Origin: Octopus vulgaris | Lineage: Eukaryota | Assembly: GCA_951406725.2 (NCBI GenBank) | Contig: OX597815.1 | Coordinates: forward strand, 93,744,001 to 93,808,000 | Reading direction: 5' to 3' | Length of the DNA: 64,000 nt | In this document: one piece after another, positions 1 to 12,700 of the stretch | How the letters are laid out: every line of letters starts with the position of its first letter | Numbering within the stretch: position 1 is the stretch's first letter | Program-made: the position numbers and the translations under genes | Notes under the pieces: model-generated | What the model saw: only the letters and a program-made list of their open reading frames with translations | What the model was told of the DNA's origin: nothing | The model's database searches: none

Positions 1-3000
1 ATAAAATTCACACAGGATGTTTTCAAATATCTCTTGATGTTTTCTAAATTAATTTTCTTTGTAATAATAGTAATTATATATATATATATATATCCATTTA
101 GCATTTAAACTGGCCCAAATATTCTACCTGTTTTAAGTTTAAACCAGCCTGATTCAGCCTCTTACAACTACTCTAGAATGACATTCTAAAATTAAACAAT
201 CATATCAAAATCTTGAAGCTACAAGATAATGCATTATTAATTCAAAGTAATGTGTATAAATAAGCATTTTGTCAGGGTAATCTAAATTCTAAAGGGATAT
301 ATATATATAATAGTATTTTTTAATTTGTGAAAGACAGTATTTGTTTCTTGTTATAAACATTGTTACCACTGGAAGCAGTCTTCATGAAGTGTATATTTAG
401 GACAAATCAGCTTACCGACAGATGCTAAACTTTTAACTGGTTAATACACCTTGAGAGCAAGCTGTCTGTCCTTGGAGAAATGAAGTTGCTTTGTACTTTG
501 TGGTCCTTACATAAATGGACTGGACCATTTAACAAGATACGAACTATCAATGACAGGATGCAAATTGCCAACTTTTTGGTTACTTGTCCAGTTCCTGAAT
601 ACTTAACTAACCCTTTCTTAATTAGTAAGTTACTGGTATGTAATTTTGTGGTTTTCTATTTTTAATTTGAGACTATTAAATGCTGTAGAAAAATTCATAA
701 ATAGAATTGAATTCTTTTACTTGGAGATTGAGAACTCTGCTATGATCCTTCTAAGTACAAACATTTTCAGTAGTGTTATTCTGCCTTTGCAGAAGCTGTT
801 TTAGTTCTATTGTAGTTTGGGTTTGATATGAGGGGCAGTTCCATTTAGTGGGCATTGAGTTGTAGATTTTAAGGCTAGAGAAGAGTGTAATTCTTCTGTA
901 GAAATGAGGCAGGAAAAAGTGATGTGCTTTTTTTTTTCTTTTGTGGTGGTGAGTTGAATTAATAATTGAAGACTTTGAGAAGATTGTTGGCTTGTTTTTT
1001 TATAGGTCTTACACAAGTCCAACAGATATTTGTAGAGGAGTGGGCTCTTCCGGATGACGGCTGAGATGTGATCAGAAACTAGTCTCGTCTATTCTCTTTA
1101 AGCATTTTTGAAGTTCTATAGTAAATGAGCCAGTCAGGATTAGCAGACATCTGCTTCTTTGTTGTTAAAGAAAAGATCATTGTAGATTTTGGTGTTTGCA
1201 TAGTACTGTTTTACCAAGAGACAGTGTTAAGTGTTATAACCTGGCATGTAGACACTGGTCAGTGGTCCCCCATCCACAATGGAGAAACTCCCCAGCGAAT
1301 ATGTACCTTCTCAAGTTAGTGATTCTGGCATGTTTACATTTTTTTAATGATTTAATGTGACACTTTAGGCAGATGTCTTCTACTATAGACATGGACTGAT
1401 CAATGCCTTGTCAGTGAAATTGGTAAACAAACCATATCATTTGTGTGTATGCAATGTAGGCATCTGGTTATATTTTACAGTTTCACATGAAACCATTTGA
1501 GCCACAATGGTGTTGACAAATGGAATAAAAAATACCTTGAGAAAAATGGCAAGTGTTATCATCAGGAAGTTTACTCAGCTGTAAATTATGCTTCAAAAAG
1601 AAGTATTCATCCAACCCATGTTCACATGAAAAAAAGATGTAAAACAAACAAATCTATATGTGCATGATTGTTTATTTTGCTCTTTGCAGAGACACTGTGT
1701 TTGGGTGACTGATGTTATCTTTGTTTCTTGTAAACAATATGTTCTGTAGAATGGTGGTTGTGACATGAAATGAAAATACCTTACTTAAAAACAGGTGAGG
1801 GTTGACATCAGGAAGGGCAGCTGGCCATAGATACTACTTCAATAAATCTTATCCAACTCATGCTAGCATGGAAAAAGCAAATACAATAATGATGCTTATA
1901 GTATTCGCATCGTTTATGTTGAAAATCATCACTATCTTAATGTTCCTTAAAATGTAGCTACTTAGAAAGGCATGACTGTCACAACAGCATTTACACTTCC
2001 CCCTAAAATGTCTTCTTGGCTACGCTGACACATTTGTAACATGCAAACATTTTCAGAAAAAGAAAAAAAAAAACAAATCGATGTTAAGATGTCAGTATAA
2101 TTTTGTCGTTGAAAACATACAAAATTTAAGGCAAAAGGTTATTATAAATTATTCTAGGTGATTTATAAAATTTTGGGATTGTCTCCCTTGCTTTTTATTT
2201 TTTACCTTTCTAGAATTAGTCATTTTACATGATTATCCTCAGAACTATTTTGATTTGCTGTATCATATAAGCTAAAGCCCACTTTTCCATTAAGTTTTCT
2301 GGTTGGAGGCAACCCTGGTTATTTTCCCTCTCTGTCATTCTTACAGTATGATATTCCCTAACTTACTAACAACCCTGCATGTGAATTCACATTTTGAATG
2401 CCATGCCTGTTCAGAAGTTCAGCCATTGCACAATAAATGACATTAGCGATTCATTTTCATTCTGTAAAGACAATTATTGTCACCCTGTGACATTACAATG
2501 TCAGTTGGAAGTTTTATCCAATCACTCCAACACATCATAACAGCCAGTGGTGTGAGAACAAGAAGTATGACATTATTGAACTGGAAATCAAGAGGCACAT
2601 TGTAAATCAAAGTAACAGAGGTGGAAAAATTATAATAGGGATGAAACATTTAAGTATACAGTCGTACTTCCACCTCCATTCAAATACTCGTTACATCTTT
2701 TTTACTTCAAAGCTTAACCTCTGCCAAATCCTGACTGACTGCACCCACCAAGTCATTTGATCACTGCCTCCTTGTAAATGTCCGACATGCAATCATATAC
2801 TACAAAGTACCTCTTCACCCACTCTATGGCACTTCAAGTCAGTCAAAGGGTCAGAACTTTGCCAGTTTTTTCCTGACCCACAGAAAACAGTTGAGTTACT
2901 GAAGCCATCCTTTTAAACTTGTTTCTCCATATGCCATACACAACAAAAACTCAAAACCCTAAGTCCTTCAAGTGGTTTATTCATAGTTACACTACAGCTG

Positions 3001-3059
3001 ATCTAGAGAAAAAAACAAGGCCTACAATGTGATTCTCACCCAGTTGTGGTTGCTCCAAA

Positions 3060-3295
3060 TGCAGGACCTCATTATCAGTGAGGATCTCTCTTGGTGAAAG
3101 CACATTCTAACACAGATAGGACATCTCAAAGACTGATTCTCCTCTTCAGGGCCAGAAAATATTTCCACCCCCAATACTGGCCGATACTATGAGACCCACA
3201 AGAGTACAGCTTCCACATATGTGACAATGCTGTGGCTGCACACAAAGACATCCTGGACTACATACAAAGCCAAGGCATTGAACTGATATAGTTTG
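3060..3295 (+). mobile_element. Very old LINE ORF2 C-terminal relic. Similar relics at ~31110-31325, 55870-56230, 59095-59190
   Basis: Broken frames spell LFRARKYF...RPT-EYS-HI...LDYIQ. Confidence 0.5.
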
Positions 3296-4289
3296 GTTAC
3301 TTTGAATAACTGAGATGATGTCTGCTGAAATTACAGGCTGTCATTCTGGAAAGGAAGGAAGAATGGACTAAAAGAGTGATGATGGTAGGGGGCTTGGCAG
3401 TGAGATACAGTAGAAGTTACAACAGAAGAAGGAATAAAGGCAGAGTAAAGAGACTGCATGTTTGTTGGCTAGAGGTTGCACTATGCTAGTGAGTCTTTGC
3501 CATTCATTCAGTTATGACTAAATGAAATACTGGTATATTAAATACTATTTCACTGAGACCAGTATCGTTCCCTTATTTTTTAACCCTATTCTTTCTTCCC
3601 AGAATAGGAACCTTCTGGTGTTTCTGTAGACATCCTCATCATCAAGGTAAATAAACCATATCTGTCTGACCAACAACAGAGGAAAGAAAATCATGAGAAC
3701 TTCCTCTTAATGATTAAATCTTAAAAATATATAGTAATAAAACTTACCCGCCTTTATTAACTGGGTGTATAGCCAACAACTGACAATTACTAGAGATCCA
3801 GAATTGGCTTTTTGGTAATAAAATATATATAAGGCATTACTAAATAAGTACTGTTACTGTAGCCAGATTTCGATTCATTAAGTAGGCATTCAAATTCTAC
3901 AGCAAGCATGATGTTATATATATATATCAATCTGGATAAATTTATTTGAGTAGTAACATTACTTTGATTGGCAAGTGGGGGAATGCTATCAGCAAAGCAT
4001 CTATAGTAATAACATGGATGTACATTGCCTGATGAAATTATGAAACAAAAACAAAAAAGAGGAAACAATATAAATGAATATTTGATACATTCTTATAAAT
4101 TAAAATTCAACATTTTTTAAACAAACAAAAATCTTTAACATAATACATTTTTCTTTATAAATTATTTTCCCTTTTGAGTCAATTCATAACCAACTCCATA
4201 ATTCTAAAAAATAAAATTTTCTTTGATTTTTCACCTGATTGTGAATTGTTAATTCATAGTCAATAAAGTAGAACCTTTTTCTTTTCTTC

Positions 4290-4309
4290 TGAGTGTGTGT
4301 GTGTGTATG

Positions 4310-4349
<40 letters not shown>

Positions 4350-4790
4350 TACACATGTAGTTGTGTATGTATGTACATATGTATACGTAAACATACCTAC
4401 ATATATATATATATCCATACATGTATGTAAGTATGTATATATACACACACATGTATATACAAAAATATATTTATGTAAGTATATACATATATGGTGCACT
4501 TTTTTTTCAAAAAAAAAAATAAATAACCCAGGGCCATATATGCAAAGTTGGGCCTCCATAAGCACTAAAAATATTTTTTTCTGGATATGCACTTCTGAAA
4601 TTGGAGTGCATCTAATATGCCTCTGCATCATTTATACCATCAAATACAGTACGTGTGTATGCACAGATATGTGTATGTACATGTATACATGTGTGTGTGT
4701 GTGTATGTATATATATATATATATAATATATATATATGCATGTGTGTGCATACATATATACATACACAGACATACATGTAAGTATGATTG
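4290..4790. repeat. Compound (TA)/(TG)/(CA) microsatellite region
   Basis: Direct inspection; source of the spurious YIYI/CVCV ORFs. Confidence 0.95.
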
Positions 4791-6567
4791 ATTTTCAATT
4801 GAGTAGAATTCCTTTAGTGGCTTTATATTTCATTTGCTTTCTTCCAGTTATCAGTTACAAAGTTTATTTCAGAAACAATTGTATGTTGACCAACTCCTGA
4901 GCTGCAGGTTATGGTGACTAATTTTATTAATAGCAACTCAGCATGGAAGTTAAATCTACTATACTGAAGTATAGTTATGTTTTAGACTACATATTGTTAA
5001 TTTATATACATATATATATATATATATGACTCTACACATTTCTAACACTGATGTACTGAGCATTTTTTATGTTTCAGTAACACAACAAAAACCTATAGAT
5101 GTGTTTGTTGCTATGGAATGAAACTCAGGGAATACACTGCACCTTCTTGGCAGTACGACATGAATATCAAACTCTTTGCACACTTCTTCAAAACCTCATC
5201 ACAGCTTGTGTAATTCTAATGCTGAAAGTAAATAGACAATAGCTACATAGAATAAATATATTTGGCCACATAATGCTGTGCTAATTTGCATATTGTTGTT
5301 TGTTTGAAATGATTAAAACATCTACATGAACATTGAAAACAATCTACATTTTTCAAGTAAAAATCAAAATACCTCAAAGCATAAAAATGAACTCAATGCA
5401 TATTGAAATAATATCAAAGCAAATTAAATCTCTTTTTCTAATTAAATAATGCAATCAAACTATATATCTTATACAGTTATCTAATGAGTAATAAATTACT
5501 GTTTAATTTTAACTGGCAACACTTCTTGAACAATTATCAAAATTTCTTTCGTATGTTTATGAATATCATCTCTTTCGGAGATACAAAAAACATTCTAGTT
5601 ACAAATGTGCATTTGCTTCAATGAGATCTATCAAGATGTCTTGCTAGAGTTTATTGTGACACAGTTTATTCAAACATTGAAAGTAAATATTTGCAAAGAT
5701 TTTTCAATGTTAATTGTGGGCATTCATTTGACCAATCAACAAGTGACTTGAAATGTTCATGCTTTATTTTCTTGACTTTGTCATGGATATCTGCACCATC
5801 TTTATATACCCAATTATATGCTCTATTGTCTTCTTAATACTATGTGGCAACAAAGGATTCCCGATCTTTTCATTCAGTGGGAAACAGTACACATATGAGT
5901 TTTAAGTATAGTCTTTTTGTGTGATTCCCATTTGCTTCTCTGCTTTAAACTATTGGTACTTGTACTGGCATTTCACTAAGAGTGAAACCTAAAACATGTA
6001 ATTTGAAACAAGCTATCATTGCTTTGAGGCTGACTTTTGTCACCATAAGTAAACACAGCACTATAGGCCTAAGTAAACAATGAAATTAATCAAGATTTGA
6101 AATGAATCAGTCAAATGCTTCAAAACATAGACATTTATTATGTTTTATCTAAATATCTATTTTATCTGTAGTGAAATTATTTTAAGTTGTTTTCAGAACA
6201 TTTTAAATTGCTTTGAGATTATCTAATTTACCTTGAGTCTATTTTAATTTTTTTTTGAGAGTGTTTAAATTTGTACTTTAGAAAATGTAGTATTCTGACA
6301 TATATTGTGCTTTTGAGTAAGACCACTCAGTGAATTTAGTAACCACTGGCCAGTGGACAAATTATAAGGAAGGAAATTCAATTGTTACTGTGAGGATTTC
6401 TGCATATGCATGTTGTAGATCCAGCCAGTCTGTGTTAGCAAGGAAGGCAGTGGAGAATACATATGGAACGTTAGCAATCCATGTTAGGAAAGGAGTGGGA
6501 GGATATACATCGAACAAAATAGTTTTAATTGGTTAGAACTTCTCTCTTTGCTTATGAACCAATGTTT

Positions 6568-6710
6568 TCAGTAAACCATCATTGTTTCTAAGTTACCACT
6601 GCTTTGCTCAGAATATATGTGTATTTGTTTGCCTAGGCTGCTGTTATACACCTGCTCACTTTTAAAATGTTCTTTGTAAAAGTTGCAAGATGGATCCTTT
6701 TCATTGTCTT
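6568..6710 (-). CDS. TRAPPC10: TRAPPC10 last coding exon (22)
   Basis: ...EQVYNSSLGKQIHIY...LETMMVY*; matches human GQVFNSSSGTQVLVI. Confidence 0.9.
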
Positions 6711-9700
6711 CTGTATGTAAAAATAAAAACAAATGTATGGAAATCATATATCAGATGACATTTACAGATGAGAAATATAATTTAACAAATAAAAGTAATA
6801 TAAATGACTGAAATATTTGAACAAGACAGTAATTCAAACAAATGTTAGAAAGATATTTTGGAACGATATTGTGTTCTGTCAGTGGACCTGCTTATCTTTG
6901 TTGTCTCAGACCATTGCTTATTATCTTCTATCATTAATGTTTTATGTAATTTTTATAAAATCTTATAAATTGTATTCATCAGGAGCATTGCATAAATAAT
7001 TTTTGCTTCCGTATTTGCAAGCAAAGTATCATCTACATTGACCAATCTGGAAGGGTCCAGAAAAACCATGGTCACATTCCCACCTCCCTTCTAATTAAAG
7101 AGACGTAGTACATACTTAATTTCAGTAGCTGTTATGACAAGTTATGGTTGACTGAGCTGATAATCTACAATATTCAGCTTGCCACAGTGGTATTCATGTG
7201 TCCAAATGTTACACTTTAACCCTTTATATATCAACCTTCCTGAGATTGCTTCTAGTTCTATGATACAAATTCAGTGTTTTAAGTGATCTAATTTAAAATC
7301 ATTCATCAAAATTTCAAGTTAATTTATGTCCAATTTAATAATAACAGTTATTTCACTCATAACTTATAAATATATCTTTGATTGTTTTCAAAATTAATTG
7401 AAACAAAAGAAATGTATTTTAAAAGAAAAATGGTTAAACAACCTGAACTATGGAATGAAACTGAAGGTATAATAAAAATCTTTAATATAATGAAACAGTG
7501 TTATGAAGAGCTAAAATATACATGCATTAAAATAGAAATAAGAACATTTCTATAAAACCTCAAATTTCCACAGGTTTTGCTAATGAACTATCATACTGCT
7601 TGGCTGAAAGATCAATAGTTTATATCACAACAGCAGTAAACTGCCATCTCTCGAAACACCCAATTATTTAGTGTCATACCAAAAACAGTTCTGAGATCCC
7701 AGAAGCATAATTGTGAAACAATCTGTTATCATACAGTGAACTACTATATATAATAGCATCATTATATACAAACATGAAGCACTGTAACACAAGAAAGCAA
7801 AACATTCTACAAGGACGCATAGAATATGAAGTATTTAAGTAGTAAAATGAATAAATAAACAAAAGTCAGTTACCTGAAGAATCTGTTTTGGGTTTGTATT
7901 TAGCCAGAGTAATGAGAGGGAAAGGGAGAAATCCTGCCATTAGTGGGATAATTTGTAGTTGTGTATCAAATTTTGAATTAGTTAAGGTCACAATCCCTGG
8001 AAATAAATACAATTTTTATTACCTGGTAGTCATAAAAAGTTAATACATTCAGTTAAAAAAGAGAACCTCAAGGTAGTCTTTTGACTGGCTAAATCTCCCT
8101 CAAATCATACTATCAGCCTAAAATGATATATTGGACAATGTAGTCATCATGATCAGCAGCAGCATTTAGCATCTAATATTCCATGCTTGCATATGTCAGA
8201 TGGAATTCATTGAGGCAGATTTTCTATAGCCAGCTACCCTTTCTGTTGACAAGACTCACTTTTTACCAAGCAAGGTAATATTTTCCCCATCTGCACATTT
8301 TTTCACCAAGGTTAGTTTACAACATTTATAGTCTAATTTGAAAAGAGACAGACAAACATTTGGTTGCATAATTGGTAACATGGTAATTCAGAATGCTGTG
8401 GATATAAGACTAAATCATATGTATTAAAAGTGTATCAATTTTTATAGTTTTTTTAATAATTTTATTTTCATTCCTGTTGGATCCTGCTTACAACACCTTT
8501 TTTTTCAATCTGGTAGCATTAATTTTCTCTACCTCTATCCCCACAATGGAGCAATAGTTTAGCTGAACTTAATGAATGCCTTCAGTTAGCAGTGCAAGAG
8601 ATAACTACTGAAATGCTTCAAAATATGTTTTGCAATGCTATAGATCATCATCATCATTTAACATCCATTTTCCATGCTGGCATGGGTTGGACATTTTGAC
8701 TGAAAACTGGTAAGCTGGTGAGCTGCACCAGGTTCCAATCTGATTTGGCATGGTTTCTATGGCTGGATGCCCTTCTTAATGCTAAGATTTGAAATTTGCA
8801 AGGATACAGATAGAGTATATGTTGAAAATTTTCAATGAAATTTTGACCTAAGATTTATAAATCTATTTGTTTTAGTATCATAATTAAGTAATAAATATAA
8901 AATTCTGTTGGGTGATTTTTTTCCAAAAATTTGCCTGTATGTATGTGTGCATGTGTGTGTGTGTATGAATGTATATAAATGTTGGTGCTGGTGCGTGTGA
9001 TAAGAAGTTTTCTCCTCAACCCCATGGTTCCAGGTTCAGTCTCACTATGTGGCACCTTGGGCAAGTGTCTTCTATTATAACCCTGGGTTGACTAAAGCCA
9101 TGTGAGTTGATTTGGCAGACGGAAACTGAAAAAAGTCCATTATATCATCATTTAACATCTGTTTTCCATGCTGGCATGGGTTATCTCAAAGGATTTTTCA
9201 ACCCTATATTTATGTGCTATTATTTGTAACTTTATATGTACTTTGAGATCCAATTCCAAAAATGAATTATTCTACATTCTCTCAAAAGCTTATAAATTCT
9301 TAGGTGATCAACAGTGTGTGTGTGTGTGCATGCGTTTTTTTTTCTTTGTCTCTCCTAGTTTTGACATTGTATGATATTTGTAAATGATTCTTACTATCAT
9401 ACAGGCAGTATCATTCATTTCCAATATTCTGTGAGAACATGTTTGGCCACAGGGAAATATTATTACCTTGCTTGGCAACAGGAAAGGTATTCAGCTGAAG
9501 AAAATTTGTCTCAATAATCTCCATTCAACTCACACCAACATGGAAAAACAAGACATTAAATCACTATCATCATGATGACAGTATTCATTTCTTAGTTTCA
9601 TATCTGTTTTTCATTGCTTGCATAGGTTTGACACATATTATTTGAAGTATAGTTTTACAGCTGCATGATAGTTTCTATAGTTTCAATCATTAGTTTCAAT

Positions 9701-12700
9701 AGTTTCGTCTTCCTCGTTGTTGCCTTAAGATAACCTTAGTTCACGCATATCCTTTACCGCCACATATTCATTTATTCAAGTTTATCACACAGTCACTTAT
9801 TTCTCTAATTTTATCATAGATTGGCTGACTGAAAACTCTAAGATTTTTCAATTCTATTTTACTATTATCGACATTTGCTGTTTCGTTAAATTATGCTACC
9901 CAAATCCAAATCCCCAAAGAATATTTTACTCCCTTGTGTTCTGACCACCCACACTCTGGCACCCCCACTCTCTCTCTCTGCCTCACTCTGTCTCTCTTTC
10001 TCTTGGCCTCACTCTGTCTGTCTGTTTGTATCTCTCTCTCTCTCTCTCTCTTTCGATTACCTCTTGCTTCGCCAAGACTTCCTCCACCACCACACCCACC
10101 CTATATAAACTAGCGCACGCACTTGGATTCCCCTACTCAATTTTTTAATACCTCTGCTGAAAGAACATGCATCCAGAAGATGCTCTCGTCTAAATTTCCT
10201 AGTTCGCAGTATGCCCACCGTCCCACCCCCTCCAGAAGTCATCCTTTGGTTGTCTCCCATGAACACTTCTAAAGGCTTTATACCATCCCCACCTCTATTT
10301 AGGGTTTATCTCCTATGTAAGGTAGTGATCATATAGTGCATAAATATGATGGTATAGTGTATGCAGGTTGAATTGAAGGCTACTGTTTGTTTATGAATTC
10401 TGCCAAATGCAAGCTTTCTTTTCAGGTACATGATGCTGCTGTCCCCCATCCCAGGTTTTTACAGGCCCACACCCTCAGGGTTGGCACTTTGAACATCGGC
10501 ACACTAAAAGGTAGGTCTGGTGAGATTGTCGAGATGCTTGAATGGAGATGTGTCGATTTGTGCTGCCTCCAAGAAGTAAGGTGGAAAGGAGGTTCCGCTA
10601 GATTCTTCACAGGCAAAGAATACAGGTACAAGATTTTCTGGGCAGGGAACACTGATGGGGTCGAGGGCATGAGTATACTTCTTGCAGAGAAATGGGTTGA
10701 TAAGGTAATCAAGGTAGTCAGAGTATGCGACAGAGTACGTAAGATTAGAGTAGTGCTTCATCATGGGTTACCAACCATTATCTCGGCCTATGCCTCTCAG
10801 CTGGGGCTACCTGATGGACAGAAAGACTGATTTTATGACACCCTCTTGCAGACTACTTCATTGATGAATGACAAGGACCTTCTCTTTGTGGCTGGTAACT
10901 TCAATGGACATATTGGACAACACACAAGGACCTTCTCTTTGTGGCTGTTAACTTCAATGGACATGTTGGACAACATACAGAGGGCTTCCATGGTTTACAA
11001 GGAGGCTATGGTTTTAGTTCCTGCAATGAGGAGGGAACCAAGCTGCTGGAGTTCTGCGATGCAAATGATCTTATGGTTTGCAATACTAACATCAGGAAAC
11101 CTGCCAGTCACCTAGTCACCTACCGTTCTGGCAGACACACAAGCCAAATTGACTACATCCTCGCTAGAAAAAGGGAAAGATGGCTGCTTATAAATGCCAA
11201 AACCTTCCCAGGCAAAGAATTTACCCCACAACATAGACTGGTAGTTAGCTATTTCAGGATCAGGGCTAAAAGAATGCCCAGAAGACGACCAGCATGGAGA
11301 AGGGTCCAGAAGCTTAAAGATCCTGCAAATGGACAGAGATGTATTACTGGAAGCCTTTGACGAAATAGAAGATGTAGCTTCACACAATGTGGAAGACAAC
11401 TGGAGGTTTCTACGGGACAACTTGCTGAGGGGTACTGACCAGATCTGTGGATGGTGCAAAGTCCCCTCTCGACCCAAAATAACGTAGTGGTGGAACAATG
11501 TTGTTGACAAGGCTGTTAGAGAAAAGAAACAGGTTTGGAAGGACTGGAAGAACGGTGGTAGCAGGGAATTGTATCAGACTGCTAGAAGGCAAGCTAGGAG
11601 AGAGGTTTATTTAGCCAGAGGGGAAGCAGATAAGAAAATATTTGCCAATGTTCTGTGCTGTGAGGACCAAAGACTTGAGGTATTTCGTATTGCAAGACAG
11701 TGTGTGAGAGAGAATCATGATGTCATAGGAGAGAAATGTGTCTGCATGGATGATGGTTCACTTGACTAAATGAGGCTGCAAAGAGAGAGGCTTGGAGATA
11801 CCACTATGAAAGGTTGCTCAATAAAGAGAATGACTGGGAGAAAGTGAGTCTGCCAAATGTTGACCCAACAGAGGGACCAGCTATCCAAGTTGACAGCACC
11901 TTGGTACATAAAGCAATTAACAGTATGAAGACAGAGAAAGCCCCCGGCACATCAGGAATTACTGCAGAGATGCTCAAAATAGCTGGCAGTGTTGGCTATA
12001 GCCTAGTCACCCATATAGTTAACCAGGTGATACACGAAGGAATCCGTAGTCAACTGCTACAAAGGTAAAGGTGACACTTTAGATACAAATAATTATAGAG
12101 ATATCAAGTTGTTGGATCAGGTAATGAAGGTCATGGAGAGGGTCATAGCCCAACTAATTAGGGAGAGAGTCAGTTTAGATGAGATGCAGTTTGGGTTCGT
12201 GCAAGGGAAAAGCATCACTGATGCTATATTTCTGGTAAGACAGCTGCAGGAGAAATACCTAGCCAAAGATAAACCTCTGTACCTGGCTTTTGTTGACATG
12301 GAAAAAGCCTTTGACAGGGCCCCCTGATCCCTTATCTGGTGGTCAATGAGGAAACTAGGGATAGATGAATGGTTAATGAGAGCTGTGCAAGCCATGCACA
12401 GGGACACTGTCAGTAAAGAGAGGGTTGGCAACAAGTACAGTGAAGAATTCCGGGTAGAGGTAGGGGTCCACCAAGGTTCAGTCCTCAGCCCCCTCCTATT
12501 TATCATAGTCCTCCAGGCAATAACAGAGGAATTCGAGACAGGATACCCCTGGGAGCTCCTCTATACTGATGACCTTACTCTAATTGCTGAGTCACTATCA
12601 GAACTAGAGGAGAAGTTTCAGATGTGGAAGCAAGGATTAGAATCGAAGGGCCTTAGAGTCAACCTAGCTAAAACCAAAGTTCTAATAAGTAGGAAGGCAG

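Noticed and set aside
1040-1095. Hammerhead-ribozyme-like string (cggatga...gaaactagtc) resembling Penelope-element minimal hammerheads
   Set aside because: The core is CGGATGA rather than CTGANGA, stem II is incomplete and stem I cannot pair. At most a dead relic.
4184-4791. Overlapping ORFs up to 164 aa (YIYI/CVCV)
   Set aside because: Translations of dinucleotide microsatellites.
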